From an uncultured Gammaproteobacteria bacterium (lineage in GTDB: Bacteria > Pseudomonadota > Gammaproteobacteria > GCA-001735895): a stretch of DNA of 64,000 nucleotides. The translations under genes and the position numbers were made by a program. Below, in pieces: positions 1 through 9,585 of this stretch. Location: assembly GCA_947260025.1 (NCBI GenBank), contig CAMYON010000013.1, forward strand, positions 20,806 to 84,805, given 5' to 3'. A model generated the notes under the pieces. That model searched no databases. It was not told where the DNA came from and saw only the letters and a list, made by a program, of their open reading frames with translations. Within the stretch, counting starts at the first letter, position 1, and every line of letters begins with the position of its first letter.

Positions 1-30
1 GCAACGTTAGTCCTGTGCAGCGACGGCAGT

Positions 31-819
31 CTAGCTTTGCTGCTGGCGCCTGATGGTGCGTAGCATATCGGCAATGATCTTTGGATTGCCGGCGACAATC
101 TGTCCATTCTCGAGGAAATGTTCGTTACCGTCGTAATCGGTAACCAGGCCGCCGGCCTCGCGCACGATCAGTGCCCCCGCGGCCATGTCCCAGGCGTGTA
201 GCCCCGATTCCCAGAAACCGTCGAGCCGCCCGGCGGCTACGTAAGCCAGGTCGAGCGCGGCAGAACCGGCCCTGCGCATATCGCTGGCAGATTCGAAAAA
301 AGCGCGGAATATTTTCAGGAAGGCATCGATCTGATCAGGATGCTTGAATGGAAACCCGGTGCCGATTAATGCGCCGTCGACCGACTTTATCTTGGTGACG
401 CGGATTCGCCGGTTGTTAAGCGTTGCGCCATCGCCACGGCTGGCGGCGAATAACTCCTGCTTGAACGGGTCGTAAATGACGCCGTGGGCCAGCCGTCCAC
501 GATGTTCGCAGGCGATGGAAACCGCGTACTGGGGAAAGCCGTGCAGGTAGTTGGTGGTTCCGTCCAGGGGGTCGATAATCCAGCGGAATTCGCCCTGGCC
601 TTCGATGACCCCGGATTCCTCGGCAATAATTCCGTGGTCCGGAAAAGCCTTGAGCAATTCGGAAATTATCCTGGTTTCGGCCTCACGATCGACTTCACTG
701 ACGAAATCGTTGCGGGCTTTTACTTCGACCTGCAAGTCGGGTAGTTTGTTGATCTTGCGAACGATAAAATCCCCGGCGTGATGGGCCGCTCGAATCGCAA
801 TATTCAACATGGGTTGCAT
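31..819 (-). CDS. suhB: Inositol monophosphatase family protein (SuhB)
   Basis: 262 aa; IMPase motifs (DPLDGT, WDxAAG); full-length similarity to SuhB. Confidence 0.9.
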   Translation of the reverse strand: MQPMLNIAIRAAHHAGDFIVRKINKLPDLQVEVKARNDFVSEVDREAETRIISELLKAFPDHGIIAEESGVIEGQGEFRWIIDPLDGTTNYLHGFPQYAVSIACEHRGRLAHGVIYDPFKQELFAASRGDGATLNNRRIRVTKIKSVDGALIGTGFPFKHPDQIDAFLKIFRAFFESASDMRRAGSAALDLAYVAAGRLDGFWESGLHAWDMAAGALIVREAGGLVTDYDGNEHFLENGQIVAGNPKIIADMLRTIRRQQQS

Positions 820-945
820 GGCTGGGATTTCGTCGATCTGGGAAAGGCGCGCAGTCTAGCAAACGGCCTGTCGATAAACCAGAAGTAAAACCGTCGATAA
901 CAGGCCTGGACACGAATTGCGCTAACGGAACCGGAGACTAGCGAG

Positions 946-1668
946 TTGAAGCTCGAGAATATCAAGATCGTCATGGTTGGTACCACGCATCCCGGGAACA
1001 TCGGGGCTGCGGCGCGAGCCATGCACAATATGTGTATCGCAAACCTGACCCTGGTCGATCCGCAGTGCCCGGTAGGCCAGGTCGCCTATGCGCGTGCTTC
1101 GGGTGCGAACCTGGTGCTCGATCAACGCGAAACCTTCGCGGATTTGCCGGCGGCGGTTGCCGATTGCAGCTGCGTCATCGCGACCAGTGCACGCCGTCGT
1201 TCACTGGCCTGGCCAGAGCTGGAGCCGCAGGAAATGGCCGGCAAAATTCTGGAGATGGACGATGCCAGCCGGGTAGCACTGGTTTTCGGGCGTGAGCATT
1301 CCGGTTTAACCAACGACGAAATGCAGCTCTGCAACTACATGGTTTGTATCCCGACCAATCCCGAATTCAGTTCCCTCAACGTGGCGTCGGCAATCCAGCT
1401 ATTGTGTTATGAAATTTATCGGCAGCAGTCGATAATGCCGCTTGCCAAATCCCCCGAAGTCGATGACCTGGCGGCCACCAGCGGTGAGCTCGAAGGTTAT
1501 TTCGAGCACCTGCAAAGAGTGCTGGAGCAAAGCGGATTCCTCGATCCGCAACAACCGGGCCTGATCATGCAACGGCTGCGGCGGCTCTACCTGCGCAATG
1601 AAATGACGCGCAACGAAATCAACATCCTGCGCGGCATGCTGACTGCCGTGCAAAAGCAACGGGATTGA
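946..1668 (+). CDS. trmJ: tRNA (cytidine/uridine-2'-O)-methyltransferase TrmJ (SpoU family)
   Basis: 240 aa; near colinear with E. coli TrmJ (IKIVMVxTxHPGNIGAAARAM...ALVFGRExxGLTN); divergent from suhB as in E. coli. Confidence 0.85.
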   Translation: MKLENIKIVMVGTTHPGNIGAAARAMHNMCIANLTLVDPQCPVGQVAYARASGANLVLDQRETFADLPAAVADCSCVIATSARRRSLAWPELEPQEMAGKILEMDDASRVALVFGREHSGLTNDEMQLCNYMVCIPTNPEFSSLNVASAIQLLCYEIYRQQSIMPLAKSPEVDDLAATSGELEGYFEHLQRVLEQSGFLDPQQPGLIMQRLRRLYLRNEMTRNEINILRGMLTAVQKQRD

Positions 1669-1670
1669 CT

Positions 1671-1716
1671 GTTACAAACTGTTACAAATCGTTACCCGAT
1701 CGAAAAGCTTTGTAAC
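1671..1716. promoter_or_regulatory. Three direct GTTAC repeats with 10-bp period (1671,1681,1691) plus inverted GTAAC (1712-1716); candidate OmpR/CpxR-type response-regulator binding site upstream of the CpxP/Spy-like gene
   Basis: Read directly: ctGTTACaaactGTTACaaatcGTTACccgatcgaaaagctttGTAAC; resembles CpxR consensus GTAAA-N5-GTAAA; a TAGAAT -10-like box follows at 1728-1733. Confidence 0.45.
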
Positions 1717-1765
1717 TGTCCCGTCCCTAGAATCTGTCTTCGTTAATCAACAACGGAGAACACCC

Positions 1766-2224
1766 ATGAAACTTTCAAAACGAATTATTGCAGCAGTCCT
1801 GATCATTGTCGGTAGCTCGGGCGCGGTCTACGCCTACAGTAAGCATGGCGGCTGGGGCATGACGCCGGAGGAAAAAGTCGAATTCGTGACCGAGCGCGTT
1901 ACCAAAAAGCTGAATCTCGATAGTGAACAGCAACAGCGCTTTAGCGAACTCGCCGAAACCGTGGCCCAGATCATGCTCGACGCCAGGGGGAGCAGGCAGC
2001 AGCATGTCGATGAAATTGGCACACTGCTGCAGGAACCCAGTTTTAACCAGGCGCGCATGATGGAAATGGTGCAGCAGAAGACGCAGATGATAAACGAGAA
2101 GGCACCGCTGGTGATTTCATCACTGGCCGTATTCCTGGATTCGCTGAATGTCGAGCAAAAGGAGCAATTGCAGGAATTTCTTAAAAATCACCGCCATCAC
2201 CACAGGCATGGGACAGGACACTAA
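1766..2224 (+). CDS. Periplasmic CpxP/Spy/ZraP-like LTxxQ-family protein with His-rich C-terminal tail
   Basis: 152 aa; signal peptide (MKLSKRIIAAVLIIVGSSGAVYA); two LxxxxEQ/LTxxQ-like motifs; C-terminal HRHHHRHGTGH; RBS GGAGA at -8. Confidence 0.7.
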   Translation: MKLSKRIIAAVLIIVGSSGAVYAYSKHGGWGMTPEEKVEFVTERVTKKLNLDSEQQQRFSELAETVAQIMLDARGSRQQHVDEIGTLLQEPSFNQARMMEMVQQKTQMINEKAPLVISSLAVFLDSLNVEQKEQLQEFLKNHRHHHRHGTGH

Positions 2225-2243
2225 AAACCGGGCCAGTCTGCAA

Positions 2244-2268
2244 CGCGGCTTCTCAAAAGGAAGCCGCG
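2244..2268 (+). promoter_or_regulatory. Stem-loop (9-bp stem cgcggcttc/gaagccgcg, 7-nt loop) between the Spy-like gene and the response regulator; possible attenuator or weak terminator
   Basis: Inverted repeat read in sequence; no T-tract follows, so not a canonical intrinsic terminator. Confidence 0.3.
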
Positions 2269-2305
2269 CTGTACAATATGCGCCTGATTCAGCCCAGGGC
2301 AAGCG

Positions 2306-2941
2306 ATGCGCAATTTACTACTGATCGATGACGATGAGCGACTTGCCGAATCGTTGCGGCAGTACTTCGCCAGGTTCGATCTGGCGCTGCAAAGTGAAAC
2401 CCATCCGCTGCAGGGCATCGAGCTGATCAAGCGTGCAGATTTTGACCTGGTGGTGCTGGACGTCATGCTGCCTGAAATCGACGGCTTCGAGACCTGCCGC
2501 AGGATTCGCCAGTTCAGCGAGATTCCGATCGTGATGCTGACCGCTCGTGGCGAAGTCATGGATCGAGTTGTCGGACTGGAACTCGGGGCCGATGATTACC
2601 TGGCACGGATCCAGAATATTTTCAGGCGTGGCAAGAATGCGCAGCCTGATCACCTGTATCGACTGGGCGAACTATCGGTGGATCTCGATAAGAAACAGCT
2701 GACGCGCGACGGAATTGAAATCGCCATAACCGCGACCGAGTACGAATTGCTGAGGTTGCTGCTGCAGAATCAGCAACGCGTATTGTCGCGCGACGAAATC
2801 ATGCAGGCCCTGCGCGGTATCGATACCGATATCTACAGCCGGGCGATCGATGTGCTGGTCAGCCGTTTGCGGCAAAAGCTGCGGCGTCCTGAACTGATCC
2901 GCACGGTACGCGGGCAGGGCTATCAACTTGTGAATCGCTGA
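2306..2941 (+). CDS. OmpR/CpxR-family two-component response regulator (atypical receiver with beta5 deletion)
   Basis: 211 aa; REC (LLIDDD...LVVLDVMLP...MLTARG) plus winged-helix C-terminus ([10 protein letters not shown]); TGA stop overlaps ATG of the downstream kinase. Confidence 0.85.
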   Translation: [211 protein letters not shown]

Positions 2942-4245
2942 TGTGGCACTTCCTGCAGATTAAATGGCAAAGCCTGGTTTTCAGGCTGCTGTTTTATTTC
3001 CTGATCTCCCTGCTGGCGCTCGCCGTAGTGCTCGGAATCAGTTTTACCAAGCGTCTCAAGCCGCATGTGCAAAATGAAATACTCCCCAATGTCGAACGCT
3101 ATATAGAGTACCTGATCGAAGATATCGGTTTGCCTCCCGATCTCGCGACAGCCGAGCGGCTGGCCGAGGAGTTACCGTTCGAACTCAGAATCGAGGGGCA
3201 GGGGATAGACTGGTCTTCGAGCCCGACGATCCGAGCCATAGGGAGCCATGATTTCAGGCCGGCGCCACCGCCTTACAGTGACGTTTACCTGAGCCATCAT
3301 CGACGCGCCGAGTACCTGTTGATAGAAAAGCAGGGCTATCGCTATCTCTTTGTCGTCGATAGCGGATTTCGTCGCGGCTCGGAGCGGCGCCACGGGGCCC
3401 TGTTCCTGTTCCTGGGTTTGCTCCTGCTGGTGCTTTATATCGCGATTCGACGCATGTTCAAGCCGGTGGAAGCCATGTCCCGGCAGGTGCGCAGGATCGG
3501 CGCCGGCGACCTCGACCAGCAAATCGAGGTCGCGGGTAAAAGCGAACTGGCGTTGCTCGCCGGCGGCATAAACCGGATGTCGGCACAGATCAAGTCGATG
3601 CTGGAGAGCAAATCTGCCCTGTTGCTGGCAATCAGCCACGAGCTGCGTTCGCCGATCACCCGGATGCGGGTAAACCTCGAGCTAATGGACACAAGCGAGA
3701 TCCAGCAAAAACTGATCGATGACCTCCGCGAAATGGAGTCGTTGGTAGCAACGATACTCGAATCCGAAAAGCTCAACAGCGGCCATGCGCCGTTGAACCT
3801 GAGCCGTTGCGACCTGGCGCTGCTGATCCAGGAGGTCTTGCAGGACCATCCCTGCGCGGAGCGTGTCGCCACCAGGCTGACGCCGGTCGAACTCGAAGTC
3901 GACCAAATGCGTATCAAGCTGCTGATCAAGAACCTGGTCGACAACGCATGTCACTATTCGAGCGAAGATGAAGGCCCGATCGAGGTGTCGCTGCATGCCG
4001 CCGACCGGATGGTAAAAGTCGAGGTGCTGGATCACGGAATCGGCATCGCTGCGGACGAGATTCCGCGGCTGACCGAACCTTTTTACCGTCCCGATTCTGC
4101 CCGCCAGCGGGATACCGGCGGTTACGGGTTGGGGCTCTACCTGTGCCAGCTCATCGCCGATGCGCACGGTGGTCAGATCTCGATAGAAAGTAAGCCTGGA
4201 AGTGGTACCAGGGTAATAGTCAGCATACCCCTTGATAATAGTTGA
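2941..4245 (+). CDS. Sensor histidine kinase (CpxA/CusS-like; periplasmic loop, HAMP, HisKA, HATPase)
   Basis: 434 aa; two TM segments; H-box LAISHELRSPITRM; G1/G2 boxes (DHGIGI, GGYGLGL). Confidence 0.85.
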   Translation: MWHFLQIKWQSLVFRLLFYFLISLLALAVVLGISFTKRLKPHVQNEILPNVERYIEYLIEDIGLPPDLATAERLAEELPFELRIEGQGIDWSSSPTIRAIGSHDFRPAPPPYSDVYLSHHRRAEYLLIEKQGYRYLFVVDSGFRRGSERRHGALFLFLGLLLLVLYIAIRRMFKPVEAMSRQVRRIGAGDLDQQIEVAGKSELALLAGGINRMSAQIKSMLESKSALLLAISHELRSPITRMRVNLELMDTSEIQQKLIDDLREMESLVATILESEKLNSGHAPLNLSRCDLALLIQEVLQDHPCAERVATRLTPVELEVDQMRIKLLIKNLVDNACHYSSEDEGPIEVSLHAADRMVKVEVLDHGIGIAADEIPRLTEPFYRPDSARQRDTGGYGLGLYLCQLIADAHGGQISIESKPGSGTRVIVSIPLDNS

Positions 4246-4269
4246 CCATTTTAGTCAGGATTGTATACT
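4242..4269 (+). promoter_or_regulatory. Sigma70-type promoter for iscR (TTGACC -35 at 4242-4247, 16-bp spacer, TATACT -10 at 4264-4269)
   Basis: Hexamers and spacing read from sequence; 30 nt upstream of the iscR ATG; the -35 overlaps the kinase stop codon. Confidence 0.5.
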
Positions 4270-4299
4270 GAGCGCGTTTTTACGCCATTCTATTGCACG

Positions 4300-4755
4300 A
4301 TGCGACTATCCACTAAAAGCCGATACGCAGTAACCTCGCTGCTCGATCTTGTTATGCATTCAGACCAGGGGCCCGTATCGCTGGCCGATATCTCGGTGCG
4401 CCAGGGTATTTCGCTATCCTACCTGGAACAGTTGTTCGCCAAAATGCGCCGCAACAAGCTGGTTGTCAGCACCCGCGGTCCCGGTGGCGGTTACAGCCTG
4501 GACAGCACTCCCGAGCAGGTATGTATCGCCGATGTAATCAACGCCGTAGACGAAGAAATGCAGGTAGCAGACAAGGATATTCCCAATGGCTCGGCCAGCT
4601 ATGAACCCTGCTTGACAGAGCAACTGTGGGAAGAGCTAAGCGCCGAAATCGAAAACTACCTGACCACGATTTCGCTCGCGGATATGATGAAAAACGAAGA
4701 GGTGCAGGAGCTGTCGCGCGCGCACGATCTGCGCCAACGGCAGAATATCGTTTAG
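4300..4755 (+). CDS. iscR: Rrf2-family transcriptional regulator IscR-like (lacks two of three cluster cysteines)
   Basis: MRLSTKSRYAVTSLLDL...GPGGGYSL Rrf2 HTH; first gene of the isc operon; start taken at internal ATG 4300, not the TTG ORF start at 4261. Confidence 0.8.
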   Translation: MRLSTKSRYAVTSLLDLVMHSDQGPVSLADISVRQGISLSYLEQLFAKMRRNKLVVSTRGPGGGYSLDSTPEQVCIADVINAVDEEMQVADKDIPNGSASYEPCLTEQLWEELSAEIENYLTTISLADMMKNEEVQELSRAHDLRQRQNIV

Positions 4756-4759
4756 GCCA

Positions 4760-5908
4760 ATGTCAATTTACCTCGACCACAATGCAACCTCGCCGATGCG
4801 TCCCGAAGTCATCGACGCGATGATGCCTTTCCTGCAAAACCCGGTCGGCAATCCGTCCAGCCTGCATAGCTATGGCCGCATGGCGCGCTCGGCGGTGGAA
4901 TCGGCTCGCGCCGAGGTGGCGCAGTTGCTGGGTTGCGATAGCGCCGCGGTTATCTTTACCTCGGGTGGCACCGAGGCAAATAACCTGCTGTTGAAGGGAT
5001 ACGTGGATCACGCCAGCCGTCGACCCATCATCAGCAGCGAGATCGAGCATTCCGCGGTTCTCGAACCCTTGAAACAGTTGCAGGCAGAGGGTATGAACGT
5101 GGTCTTGCTAAAGCCAAACCCGCAGGGGCAGGTGGACCTGGAAACAGCGCGGCCGTTGGTTACCGGTGCCGATGCGCAGTTACTGTCGATCATTTACGCC
5201 AATAACGAAACCGGCGTCATCCAGCCGGTCGAGGCGCTGGCCGAGATGGTGGATCGCGATGCCTGCCTGGTGCATAGCGATGCAACCCAGGCAATCGGCA
5301 AGATTCCGTTCGACCTGTCGCAACTGGCAATCGATGCTGTCAGTTTTTCCGCCCATAAATTAGGTGGGCCCCAGGGTGTCGGCGCGCTGGTGGTAAATCG
5401 CAAACCCAGGCAGGCTTTGATTAGCGGTGGAGACCAGGAAAACAAGCGCCGCGGCGGTACTGAAAACGTCGCCGGCATTGTCGGACTCGGCAAGGCGGCG
5501 CAGATTGCGCGACTTGAAATAGCGCACAAGCAACATCACTTAACTCAACTAAGAGATACTTTCGAAGCCAGGCTGTCTGAAATTCCGGGTAGTGTGGTCT
5601 TCGGGCAAGGCGTTCCGCGGCTGCCGAATACGACTTTTTTCGCGCTGCCGTATTACCATGGCGAAACCCTGTTGATGGAACTCGATCGGTTGGGATTCGC
5701 GTTATCAAGCGGCTCCGCCTGCCATAGCATGGTTACCGAGCCTAGCCACGTACTCAAGGCAATGGGTGTCGACGATAACCTGGCTTTGAATGCGATCAGG
5801 GTCAGTTTCGGGATGGATAACAGCTTGCAGGATGCGGAACAACTGGCGGCGAAACTACAGGAACTGGTAGAGAGATTACCGCCGGTCATTCGCCAGGCGG
5901 CGGGATAG
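4760..5908 (+). CDS. iscS: Cysteine desulfurase (IscS/NifS class I)
   Basis: 382 aa; PLP-Lys motif [12 protein letters not shown]; active-site Cys loop SSGSACHS. Confidence 0.85.
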   Translation: MSIYLDHNATSPMRPEVIDAMMPFLQNPVGNPSSLHSYGRMARSAVESARAEVAQLLGCDSAAVIFTSGGTEANNLLLKGYVDHASRRPIISSEIEHSAVLEPLKQLQAEGMNVVLLKPNPQGQVDLETARPLVTGADAQLLSIIYANNETGVIQPVEALAEMVDRDACLVHSDATQAIGKIPFDLSQLAIDAVSFSAHKLGGPQGVGALVVNRKPRQALISGGDQENKRRGGTENVAGIVGLGKAAQIARLEIAHKQHHLTQLRDTFEARLSEIPGSVVFGQGVPRLPNTTFFALPYYHGETLLMELDRLGFALSSGSACHSMVTEPSHVLKAMGVDDNLALNAIRVSFGMDNSLQDAEQLAAKLQELVERLPPVIRQAAG

Positions 5909-5918
5909 AGAGAGATCA

Positions 5919-6242
5919 ATGGCAATTCATCTTAGCGATATAGCGGCATCGAGGGTGCAGCACTTTCTGGAAAACCGGGGCAAGGGCATCGGCCTGCGAC
6001 TCGGTGTGAAAACGACCGGTTGTTCCGGCCTTGCCTATGTCATCGAATTTGTCGATGAACTGCAGGAGGGCGACGAAGTTTTCGAAACCAAGGGTGTCAA
6101 GGTGATAGTCGATAAGAAAAGCCTGATGTTCCTCGACGGCACCGAGGTAGATTTCGCCAAGGTTGGGCTGAATGAAGGATTCCAGTTCAAGAATCCCAAC
6201 GCCAAGGATGCCTGCGGCTGCGGCGAAAGTTTCACCGTCTGA
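5919..6242 (+). CDS. iscA: Fe-S cluster assembly A-type carrier IscA/HesB
   Basis: 107 aa; C-x(n)-CGCG motif (TTGCSG...ACGCGESF). Confidence 0.85.
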   Translation: MAIHLSDIAASRVQHFLENRGKGIGLRLGVKTTGCSGLAYVIEFVDELQEGDEVFETKGVKVIVDKKSLMFLDGTEVDFAKVGLNEGFQFKNPNAKDACGCGESFTV

Positions 6243-6258
6243 CCCTTAAACCATAAAC

Positions 6259-6798
6259 ATGCAGTCCCCCGAACTTAGCCAGGACTATTTCGAGTTATTT
6301 GGTTTGAATCCCGTGTTCGATATCGACCCCACCTCGTTGCATGCAGCACAACAGCGACTGCAGGCTAACCATCACCCCGACCGCTACGTCGGCTCGAGCG
6401 AGCAGGATAAGCGGTTATCGGTGCAGATTGCTTCCCGGGTCAACCAGGCCTATGAAACCCTGCGTGACCCGGTAAAGCGTTCTCGCTACCTGCTGGAAAT
6501 CAACGGCGCGACGCTGCCCGACGATTCGGCAACCACGGCCGATACCGAGTTCCTGATGGAGCAGATCGAATTACGTGAAGCGGTCGAAGCCTGCCGCCAG
6601 GGTGAGGATGCGCTGGCGCGTAGCGAAGCGATCGAAACCAGGCTCAAGCAGCGAGCGACAGAACTGGCGCAGGAATTTGTAGAGCGCTTCGATGGCGGCC
6701 GCTTCGACGAGGCGATCGAAGCTAGTCGCAAGATGCAGTTTGTTCAGCGCATACAGCAGCAGCTCGACGAACTACAGTTCGAGCTGGAGGACTTTTAA
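6259..6798 (+). CDS. hscB: Co-chaperone HscB (J-domain)
   Basis: 179 aa; J-domain with HPD; position between iscA and hscA. Confidence 0.85.
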   Translation: MQSPELSQDYFELFGLNPVFDIDPTSLHAAQQRLQANHHPDRYVGSSEQDKRLSVQIASRVNQAYETLRDPVKRSRYLLEINGATLPDDSATTADTEFLMEQIELREAVEACRQGEDALARSEAIETRLKQRATELAQEFVERFDGGRFDEAIEASRKMQFVQRIQQQLDELQFELEDF

Positions 6799-8666
6799 TG
6801 GCGCTGTTGCAGATATCCGAGCCTGGCGAGTCGAGCGCACCGCATCAGCGGCGCCTGGCGGCCGGCATCGATCTGGGCACCACGAATTCGCTGGTGGCGT
6901 CGGTACGCAGCGGAGAAGCCATCTGCCTGCCCGATGAGCGCGGGCGGAGCCTGTTACCGTCGGTGGTGCACTACGACGGCAACCAGGTCCTGGTCGGACA
7001 CGAGGCGCGGTCGCTGCAGGCCGTCGACCCGTTAAACACTATTGCCTCGGTAAAGCGGCTTATGGGCAGGGGACAGGAGGACGTCAAGCGGCTTGCCAAC
7101 GTCGTGCCCCATGAGTTTGTCGCCACCGAAGCCAGTACTGTTCCGCGGATTCGCACCGCGGGCGGCGATTTCAGCGCGGTCGAAATCTCCGGCGAAATCC
7201 TGAAAATCCTGGCGCAGCGAGCCGCGCATAGTCTTGGCGGGGATCTCGAAGGCGTGGTGATAACCGTTCCGGCGTATTTCGACGATGCTCAACGCCAGGC
7301 AACGAGAGATGCCGCAAGGTTCGCCGGGCTGAACCTGTTCAGGTTGTTAAACGAGCCCACCGCGGCCGCTGTCGCTTACGGGCTCGACCAGGATGCCGAC
7401 GGATTGATCGCGGTCTATGACCTCGGCGGCGGGACTTTCGATATATCCATTCTGAGGCTCAACAAGGGCGTATTCGAGGTGCTTGCCACCGGCGGCGATT
7501 CGTCGCTGGGGGGCGATGACATGGACCATGCGTTGGGTGAATGGATCATCGAGCAGGCTGGCTTCAGCGATATCGACGCCGTACTGGCGCGCAAGATCCT
7601 GATCGCCGCCCGCAATGCCAAGGAACAGCTTAGCAACGGCGACTCGGCCTTGATCAGTATCGACCACGCGCAGCCATGGCAGGCCGAAATCGGGCGCGCC
7701 CAGTTCAGCGACCTGATTGAACCCCTGGTCAGGAAAACCCTGTCGGCCTGTCGCAGGGCGCTGCGCGACGCCGGTATCGATAAACAGGAAATTGCCGAAG
7801 TGGTCATGGTCGGAGGATCGACGCGGGTGCCGCTGGTACAGACCATGGTGGGAGATTTTTTCGGCCGTAAACCCATGTGCGAACTCGATCCGGACCAGGT
7901 GGTTGCCCTGGGTGCCGCTATCCAGGCCGATATACTGGCTGGCAATAAACCCGATAGCGACATGCTGTTGCTAGACGTGTTGCCGCTATCGCTGGGCATC
8001 GAAACCATGGGCGGTCTGTGCGAGAAAATTATCGAACGCAATACCGCGATCCCGGTGGCGCGCGCGCAGGAATTCACCACTTTCAAGGATGGACAAACCG
8101 CGATGTCGATTCACGTGGTGCAGGGTGAGCGCGAACTGGTGTCGGACTGCCGCTCGCTGGCGCGCTTCGACTTACGCGGCTTCCCGCCAATGGTGGCTGG
8201 CGCCGCCCGGATTCGCGTCACCTACCAGGTGGATGCCGATGGCCTGATGTCGGTTACGGCAGAGGAAACCACCAGCGGCGTAGCCGCGGATATCGTCGTC
8301 AAACCGTCATATGGCCTTACCGATACGGAAATCGAAACCATGCTGCGCGCCTCGATGGAGCACGCCCGAGAAGATATCGAAGCGCGTATGCTCAAGGAGC
8401 AGCAGGTTGAAGCGCGGCGTGTGCTCGAAGCAGTCGACGCGGCGCTGCTGCAGGATGGCGAAGCCCTGCTGAACGAGTCTGAACTGACCGCGATTCAGCT
8501 TAAACGTAGCGAGTTGGAAAAGGGGCTCGAAAGCGCTAGCGCCGATGAGCTCAAACAATTGATCAAGTCCGTCGAGCAGGTCAGTGAGACCTATGTCGCC
8601 CGACGCATGAATGCGAGTGTCAAACAGGCGCTTGCGGGTAAACAAATAGATGAGGTTGATGTTTAA
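6798..8666 (+). CDS. hscA: Fe-S cluster biogenesis chaperone HscA (Hsp70 family)
   Basis: 622 aa; Hsp70 signatures ([16 protein letters not shown]); ATGA overlap with hscB. Confidence 0.9.
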   Translation: MALLQISEPGESSAPHQRRLAAGIDLGTTNSLVASVRSGEAICLPDERGRSLLPSVVHYDGNQVLVGHEARSLQAVDPLNTIASVKRLMGRGQEDVKRLANVVPHEFVATEASTVPRIRTAGGDFSAVEISGEILKILAQRAAHSLGGDLEGVVITVPAYFDDAQRQATRDAARFAGLNLFRLLNEPTAAAVAYGLDQDADGLIAVYDLGGGTFDISILRLNKGVFEVLATGGDSSLGGDDMDHALGEWIIEQAGFSDIDAVLARKILIAARNAKEQLSNGDSALISIDHAQPWQAEIGRAQFSDLIEPLVRKTLSACRRALRDAGIDKQEIAEVVMVGGSTRVPLVQTMVGDFFGRKPMCELDPDQVVALGAAIQADILAGNKPDSDMLLLDVLPLSLGIETMGGLCEKIIERNTAIPVARAQEFTTFKDGQTAMSIHVVQGERELVSDCRSLARFDLRGFPPMVAGAARIRVTYQVDADGLMSVTAEETTSGVAADIVVKPSYGLTDTEIETMLRASMEHAREDIEARMLKEQQVEARRVLEAVDAALLQDGEALLNESELTAIQLKRSELEKGLESASADELKQLIKSVEQVSETYVARRMNASVKQALAGKQIDEVDV

Positions 8667-9004
8667 TGCCCAGGGTTACCGTATTACCGCACGAAGAGAT
8701 CTGTCCCGAGGGAGCGCAGCTGGAAGTCGAGCCGGGAATCAGTCTGTGCGATGCGATGCTTCGTAATCACATAGAAATCGAGCATGCCTGTGAAAAGTCA
8801 TGCGCCTGTACCACCTGTCACGTTTACGTGCGCGAGGGCTTCGATTCGCTGGAAGAGTCGAGCGAGGATGAAGACGATTACCTCGACAAGGCCTGGGGCC
8901 TGGACATGGATTCGCGCCTCAGCTGCCAGGCGATCGTGGGCGAAGAAGACCTCACGATCGAAATTCCAAAATACACCATCAACATGGTGTCCGAGAACCA
9001 CTAG
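8666..9004 (+). CDS. fdx: [2Fe-2S] ferredoxin Fdx (isc-type)
   Basis: 112 aa; CEKSCACTTCH cysteine motif; ATGA overlap with hscA. Confidence 0.9.
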   Translation: MPRVTVLPHEEICPEGAQLEVEPGISLCDAMLRNHIEIEHACEKSCACTTCHVYVREGFDSLEESSEDEDDYLDKAWGLDMDSRLSCQAIVGEEDLTIEIPKYTINMVSENH

Positions 9005-9013
9005 GAGAGAGCC

Positions 9014-9214
9014 ATGTCCCTGAAATGGACTGATACGCTTGATATCGCGATTGAACTGGCGGAGACGCATACCGATGTCGACCCACAATACGTGCGTTTC
9101 ACCGATTTGCACGCCTGGGTGTGTGCACTTGACGACTTTGACGATGATCCTAATCACTCGAACGAGAAGATCCTGGAAGCCATCCAGATGGCCTGGATTG
9201 ACGAAGCGGACTGA
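9014..9214 (+). CDS. iscX: Fe-S assembly protein IscX (YfhJ)
   Basis: 66 aa acidic protein, colinear with IscX; last gene of the isc operon. Confidence 0.8.
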   Translation: MSLKWTDTLDIAIELAETHTDVDPQYVRFTDLHAWVCALDDFDDDPNHSNEKILEAIQMAWIDEAD

Positions 9215-9274
9215 TTTGATCAAATCCTGGTCAAAATCTTGACAGAAAACCGTCGAGTTCTCGACACTTTAGTT

Positions 9275-9298
9275 GTTCAAAATCAAACACTTTTGAAC
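9275..9298. promoter_or_regulatory. Perfect 8-bp inverted repeat GTTCAAAA-N8-TTTTGAAC in the AT-rich iscX/rpfF spacer; candidate operator
   Basis: Read in sequence; a second palindrome GTCGAG-tt-CTCGAC lies at 9252-9267. Confidence 0.3.
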
Positions 9299-9566
9299 TC
9301 TTCTTAAGGTGGATTGAGCACTATTTTCCCTAAAAGTGAAATTTTTTTTCGCTGCCGTTTTTATTCACTAAATTCCTATCGCCTAATAAGTTAGGCATTA
9401 CACTTAAAGTAAATTCTACAATTGAGGCTGTGAACTTGGTCACAGTTTGCTTGCAATCATTCCTCGTTTCGGTAAATTAAGTCGTAACGCGTCGCTTAAA
9501 GAAAGACGGGTAAGGTCCTGAAATTACAACGATTTAAAGACTCAGGCATCGCAATTATAGCTAATT

Positions 9567-9585
9567 CCCGAATGCAACATTCGGG
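9567..9585 (+). promoter_or_regulatory. 8-bp stem / 3-nt loop hairpin (cccgaatg-caa-cattcggg) in the rpfF 5' leader, ~30 nt upstream of the ATG
   Basis: Perfect inverted repeat read in sequence. Confidence 0.3.
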
